Source: Eledone cirrhosa (taxonomy: Eukaryota). From it: DNA of 64,000 nt. The stretch is taken from assembly GCA_964016885.1 (NCBI GenBank), contig OZ024740.1, positions 423,646,001-423,710,000 of the forward strand, read 5' to 3'. A program made the position numbers and the translations under genes. Below are positions 58,701-64,000 of the stretch, piece by piece (the stretch's first letter is position 1; each line of letters begins with the position of its first letter). The notes beneath the pieces are model-generated. The model was given only the letters and a program-made list of their open reading frames with translations. It did no database searches and was not told where the DNA came from.

Positions 58701-61700
58701 ACTGTAGTGGTATTGACTAATGTAGTCCAATCTAATTCGATATAAGACTAGTGGTATTGACTAATGTAGTCCAATCTAATTCTATATAAGACTGTAGTGG
58801 TATTGACTAAAGTAGTCCAATCTAATTCTATATAAGGCTGTAGTGGTATTGACTAATGTAGTCCAATCTAATTCTATATAAGACTGTAGTGGTATTGACT
58901 AATGTACTCCAATCTAATTCTATATAAGACTGTAGTGGTATTGACTAATGTAGTCCAATCTAATTCTATATAAGACTGTAGTGGTATTGACTAATGTACT
59001 CCAATCTAATTCTATATAAGACTGTAGTGGTATTGACTAATGTACTCCAATCTAATTCTATATAAGACTGTAGTGGTATTGACTAATATACTCCAATCTA
59101 ATTCTATATAAGACTGTAGTGGTATTGACTAATGTAGTCCAATCTAATTCTATATAAGACTGTAGTGGTATTGACTAATGTAGTCCAATCTAATTCTATA
59201 TAAGACTGTAGTGGTATTGACTAAAGTAGTCCAATCTAATTCTATATAAGGCTGTAGTGGTATTGACTAATGTAGTCCAATCTAATTCTATATAAGACTG
59301 TAGTGGTATTGACCAATGTACTCCAACCTAATTCTATATAAGACTGTAGTGGTATTGACTAATGTAGTTCAATCTAATTCTATATAAGACTGTAGTGGTA
59401 TTGACTAATGTACTCCAATCTAATTCTATATAAGACTGTAGTGGTACTGACTAATGTAGTCCAATCTAATTCTATATAAGACTGTAGGGTATTGACTAAT
59501 GTACTCCAATCTAATTCTATATAAGACTGTAGTGGTATTGACTAATGTACTCCAATCTAATTCTATATAAGACTGTAGTGGTATTGACTAATGTAGTCCA
59601 ATCTAATTCTATATAAGACTGTAGTGGTATTGACTAATGTAGTCCAATCTAATTCTATATAAGACTGTAGTGGTATTGACTAATGTAGTCCAATCTAATT
59701 CTATATAAGACTGTAGTGGTATTGAGTAATGTACTCCAACCTAATTCTATATAAGACTGTAGTGGTATTGACTAATGTACTCCAATCTAATTCTATATAA
59801 GACTGTAGTGGTATTGACTAATGTAGTCCAATCTAATTCTATATAAGACTGTAGTGGTATTGACTAATGTACTCCAACCTAATTCTATATAAGACTGTAG
59901 TGGTATTGACTAATGTACTCCAATCTAATTCTATATAAGACTGTAGTGGTATTGACTAATGTACTCCAATCTAATTCTATATAAGACTGTAGTGGTATTG
60001 ACTAATGTAGTCCAATCTAATTCTATATAAGACTGTAGTGGTATTGACTAATGTACTCCAATCTATTTCTATATAAGACTGTAGTGGTATTGTCTAATGT
60101 AGTCCAACCTAATTCTATATAAGACTGTAGTGGTATTGACTAATGTACTCCAATCTAATTCTATATAAGACTGTAGTGGTATTGACTAATGTACTCCAAT
60201 CTAATTCTATATAAGACTGTAGTGTTATTGACTAATGTAGTCCAATCTAATTCTATATAAGACTGTAGTGGTATTGACTAATGTACTCCAATCTAATTCT
60301 ATATAAGACTGTAGTGGTATTGACTAATGTAGTCCAATCTAATTCTATATAAGACTGTAGTGGTATTGACTAATGTACTCCAATCTAATTCTATATAAGA
60401 CTGTAGTGGTATTGACTAATGTACTCCAATCTAATTCTATATAAGACTGTAGTGGTATTGACTAATATACTCCAATCTAATTCTATATAAGACTGTAGTG
60501 GTATTGACTAATGTAGTCCAATCTAATTCTATATAAGACTGTAGTGGTATTGACTAATGTACTCCAATCTATTTCTATATAAGACTGTAGTGGTATTGTC
60601 TAATGTAGTCCAAACTAATTCTATATAAGACTGTAGTGGTATTGACTAATGTACTCCAATCTAATTCTATATAAGACTGTAGTGGTATTGACTAATGTAC
60701 TCCAATCTAATTCTATATAAGACTGTAGTGGTATTGACTAATGTACTCCAATCTAATTCTATATAAGACTGTAGTGGTATTGACTAATGTAGTCCAATCT
60801 AATTCTATATAAGACTGTAGTGGTATTGACTAATGTACTCCAATCTAATTCTATATAAGACTGTAGTGGTATTGACTAATGTACTCCAATCTAATTCTAT
60901 ATAAGACTGTAGTGGTATTGACTAATGTACTCCAATCTAATTCTATATAAGACTGTAGTGGTATTGACTAATGTACTCCAATCTAATTCTATATAAGACT
61001 GTAGTGGTATTGACTAATGTAGTCCAATCTAATTCTATATAAGACTGTAGTGGTATTGACTAATGTACTCCAATCTAATTCTATATAAGACTGTAGTGGT
61101 ATTGACTAATGTACTCCAATCTAATTCTATATAAGACTGTAGTGGTATTGACTAATATACTCCAATCTAATTCTATATAAGACTGTAGTGGTATTGACTA
61201 ATGTAGTCCAATCTAATTCTATATAAGACTGTAGTGGTATTGACTAATGTAGTCCAATCTAATTCTATATAAGACTGTAGTGGTATTGACTAAAGTAGTC
61301 CAATCTAATTCTATATAAGGCTGTAGTGGTATTGACTAATGTAGTTCAATCTAATTCTATATAAGACTGTAGTGGTATTGACTAATGTAGTCCAATCTAA
61401 TTCTATATAAGACTGTAGTGGTATTGACTAAAGTAGTCCAATCTAATTCTATATAAGGCTGTAGTGGTATTGACTAATGTAGTCCAATCTAATTCTATAT
61501 AAGACTGTAGTGGTATTGACTAATGTAGTCCAATCTAATTCTATATAAGACTGTAGTGGTATTGACTAATGTAGTCCAATCTAATTCGATATAAGACTAG
61601 TGGTATTGACTAATGTAGTCCAATCTAATTCTATATAAGACTGTAGTGGTATTGACTAAAGTAGTCCAATCTAATTCTATATAAGGCTGTAGTGGTATTG

Positions 61701-64000
61701 ACTAATGTAGTCCAATCTAATTCTATATAAGACTGTAGTGGTATTGACTAATGTACTCCAACCTAATTCTATATAAGACTGTAGTGGTATTGACTAATGT
61801 AGTTCAATCAAATTCTATATAAGACTGTAGTGGTATTGACTAATGTAGTCCAATCCAATTCTATATAAGACTGTAGTGGTATTGACTAATGTACTCCAAC
61901 CTAATTCTATATAAGACTGTAGTGGTATTGACTAATGTAATCCAATCTAATTCTATATAAGACTGTAGTGCTATTGACTAATATACTCCAATCTAATTCT
62001 ATATAAGACTGTAGTGGTATTCACTAATGTACTCCAATCTAATTCTATATAAGACTGTAGTGGTATTGACTAATGTACTCCAATCTAATTCTATATAAGA
62101 CTGTAGTGGTACTGACTAATGTAGTCCAATCTAATTCTATATAAGACTGTAGGGTATTGACTAATGTACTCCAATCTAATTCTATATAAGACTGTAGTGG
62201 TATTGACTAATGTAGTCCAATCTAATTCTATATAAGACTGTAGTGGTATTGACTAATGTAGTCCAATCTAATTCTATATAAGACTGTAGTGGTATTGACT
62301 AATGTACTCCAATCTAATTCTATATAAGACTGTAGTGGTATTCACTAATGTACTCCAATCTAATTCTATATAAGACTGTAGTGGTATTGAGTAATGTACT
62401 CCAACCTAATTCTATATAAGACTGTAGTGGTATTGACTAATGTAATCCAATCTAATTCTATATAAGACTGTAGTGGTATTGACTAATATACTCCAATCTA
62501 ATTCTATATAAGACTGTAGTGGTATTCACTAATGTACTCCAATCTAATTCTATATAAGACTGTAGTGGTATTCACTAATGTACTCCAATCTAATTCTATA
62601 TAAGACTGTAGTGGTACTGACTAATGTAGTCCAATCTAATTCTATATAAGACTGTAGGGTATTGACTAATGTACTCCAATCTAATTCTATATAAGACTGT
62701 AGTGGTATTGACTAATGTAGTCCAATCTAATTCTATATAAGACTGTAGTGGTATTGACTAATGTAGTCCAATCTAATTCTATATAAGACTGTAGTGGTAT
62801 TGACTAATGTACTCCAATCTAATTCTATATAAGACTGTAGTGGTATTGACTAATGTACTCCAATCTAATTCTATATAAGACTGTAGTGGTATTGACTAAT
62901 GTACTCCAACCTAATTCTATATAAGACTGTAGTGGTATTGACTAATGTACTCCAATCTAATTCTATATAAGACTGTAGTGGTATTGACTAATGTACTCCA
63001 ACCTAATTCTATATAAGACTGTAGTGGTATTGACTAATGTACTCCAATCTAATTCTATATAAGTCTGTAGTGGTATTGTCTAATGTAGTCCAACCTAATT
63101 CTATATAAGACTGTAGTGGTATTGACTAATGTACTCCAATCTAATTCTATATAAGACTGTAGTGGTATTGACTAATGTAGTCCAATCTAATTCTATATAA
63201 GACTGTAGTGGTATTGACTAATGTACTCCAATCTAATTCTATATAAGACTGTAGTGGTATTGACTAATGTACTCCAACCTAATTCTATATAAGACTGTAG
63301 TGGTATTGACTAATGTACTCCAATCTAATTCTATATAAGACTGTAGTGGTATTGACTAATGTACTCCAACCTAATTCTATATAAGACTGTAGTGGTATTG
63401 ACTAATGTACTCCAATCTAATTCTATATAAGACTGTAGTGGTATTGTCTAATGTAGTCCAACCTAATTCTATATAAGACTGTAGTGGTATTGACTAATGC
63501 ACTCCAATCTAATTCTATATAAGACTGTAGTGGTATTGACTGATATACTCCAATCTAATTCTATATAAGACTGTAGTGGTATTGACTAATGTAGTCCAAT
63601 CTAATTCTATATAAGACTGTAGTGGTATTGACTAATGTAGTCCAATCTAATTCTATATAAGACTGTAGTGGTATTGACTAATGTAGTCCAATTTAATTCT
63701 ATATAAGGCTGTAGTGGTATTGACTAATGTAGTCCAATCTAATTCTATATAAGACTGTAGTGGTATTGACTAATGTACTCCAACCTAATTCTATATAAGA
63801 CTGTAGTGGTATTGACTGATGTAGTTCAATCTAATTCTATATAAGACTGTAGTGGTATTGACTAATGTAGTCCAATCTAATTCTATATAAGACTGTAGTG
63901 GTATTGACTAATGTAGTCCAATCTAATTCTATATAAGACTGTAGTGGTATTGACTAATGTAGACCAATCTAATTCTATATAAGACTGTAGTGGTATTGAC
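49800..64000. repeat. Large nested block duplications (offsets 7949 bp = 173 monomers and 5422 bp = 118 monomers); boundaries approximate
   Basis: Rare markers repeat at offset 7949: GACCAATG 51362/59311, GTGTTATT 52273/60222, TTCGATATA 53638/61587, GTGCTATT 54021/61970, ATGCACTCC 55550/63499. At offset 5422: GACCAATG 51362/56784 and TTTAATTCTATATAAGGC 50321/55743. Confidence 0.87.

Larger units (their letters stand above)
17490..64000. repeat. 46-bp satellite DNA array, right arm (~1,010 monomers, truncated by window end)
   Basis: Resumes exactly in phase at TTCTATATAAGA (17490) with the same consensus and orientation as the left arm; no further non-satellite insertion seen. Confidence 0.98.

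Noticed and set aside
1-64000. CRISPR array (46-bp repeat with internal palindrome)
   Set aside because: Repeats are directly adjacent with no unique spacers, and there are no cas genes or leader; this is a tandem satellite.
1-64000. A fixed-period higher-order repeat (alpha-satellite style)
   Set aside because: Observed duplication periods vary (8, 13, 20, 27, 39, 61, 70, 73-75, 118, 173 monomers), each with few copies; no single HOR unit.
1-64000. Telomerase-type telomeric repeat or G-quadruplex array
   Set aside because: There is no TTAGG/TTAGGG-like unit and the consensus has only one GG per monomer; chromosome position is unknown from this window.

Overview
This window is non-coding and looks eukaryotic. 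About 98.5% of it is one head-to-tail satellite array with a 46-bp monomer (consensus CTGTAGTGGTATTGACTAATGTA[G/C]TCCAATCTAATTCTATATAAGA, ~30% GC, roughly 1,370 copies, all in one orientation, running off both window edges). The array is interrupted once, at 16535-17489, by a 955-bp non-autonomous Helitron-type (rolling-circle) element. That element has 5'-TC, a 3' GC hairpin, a CTAG-3' end, insertion between A and T with no target-site duplication, a (TGTC)n microsatellite and an internal 37-bp minisatellite. The most intriguing observation is that the monomer itself resembles a miniature Helitron: it matches the element's 5' terminus (18/21 nt with one 4-nt gap) and ends in a hairpin followed by CTAA (CTRR). 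Rare monomer variants reveal nested block duplications of 8 to 173 monomers and regional variant domains. I found no credible protein-coding gene, RNA gene or CRISPR array, and the organism cannot be determined from the sequence. All coordinates and offsets were counted by eye.
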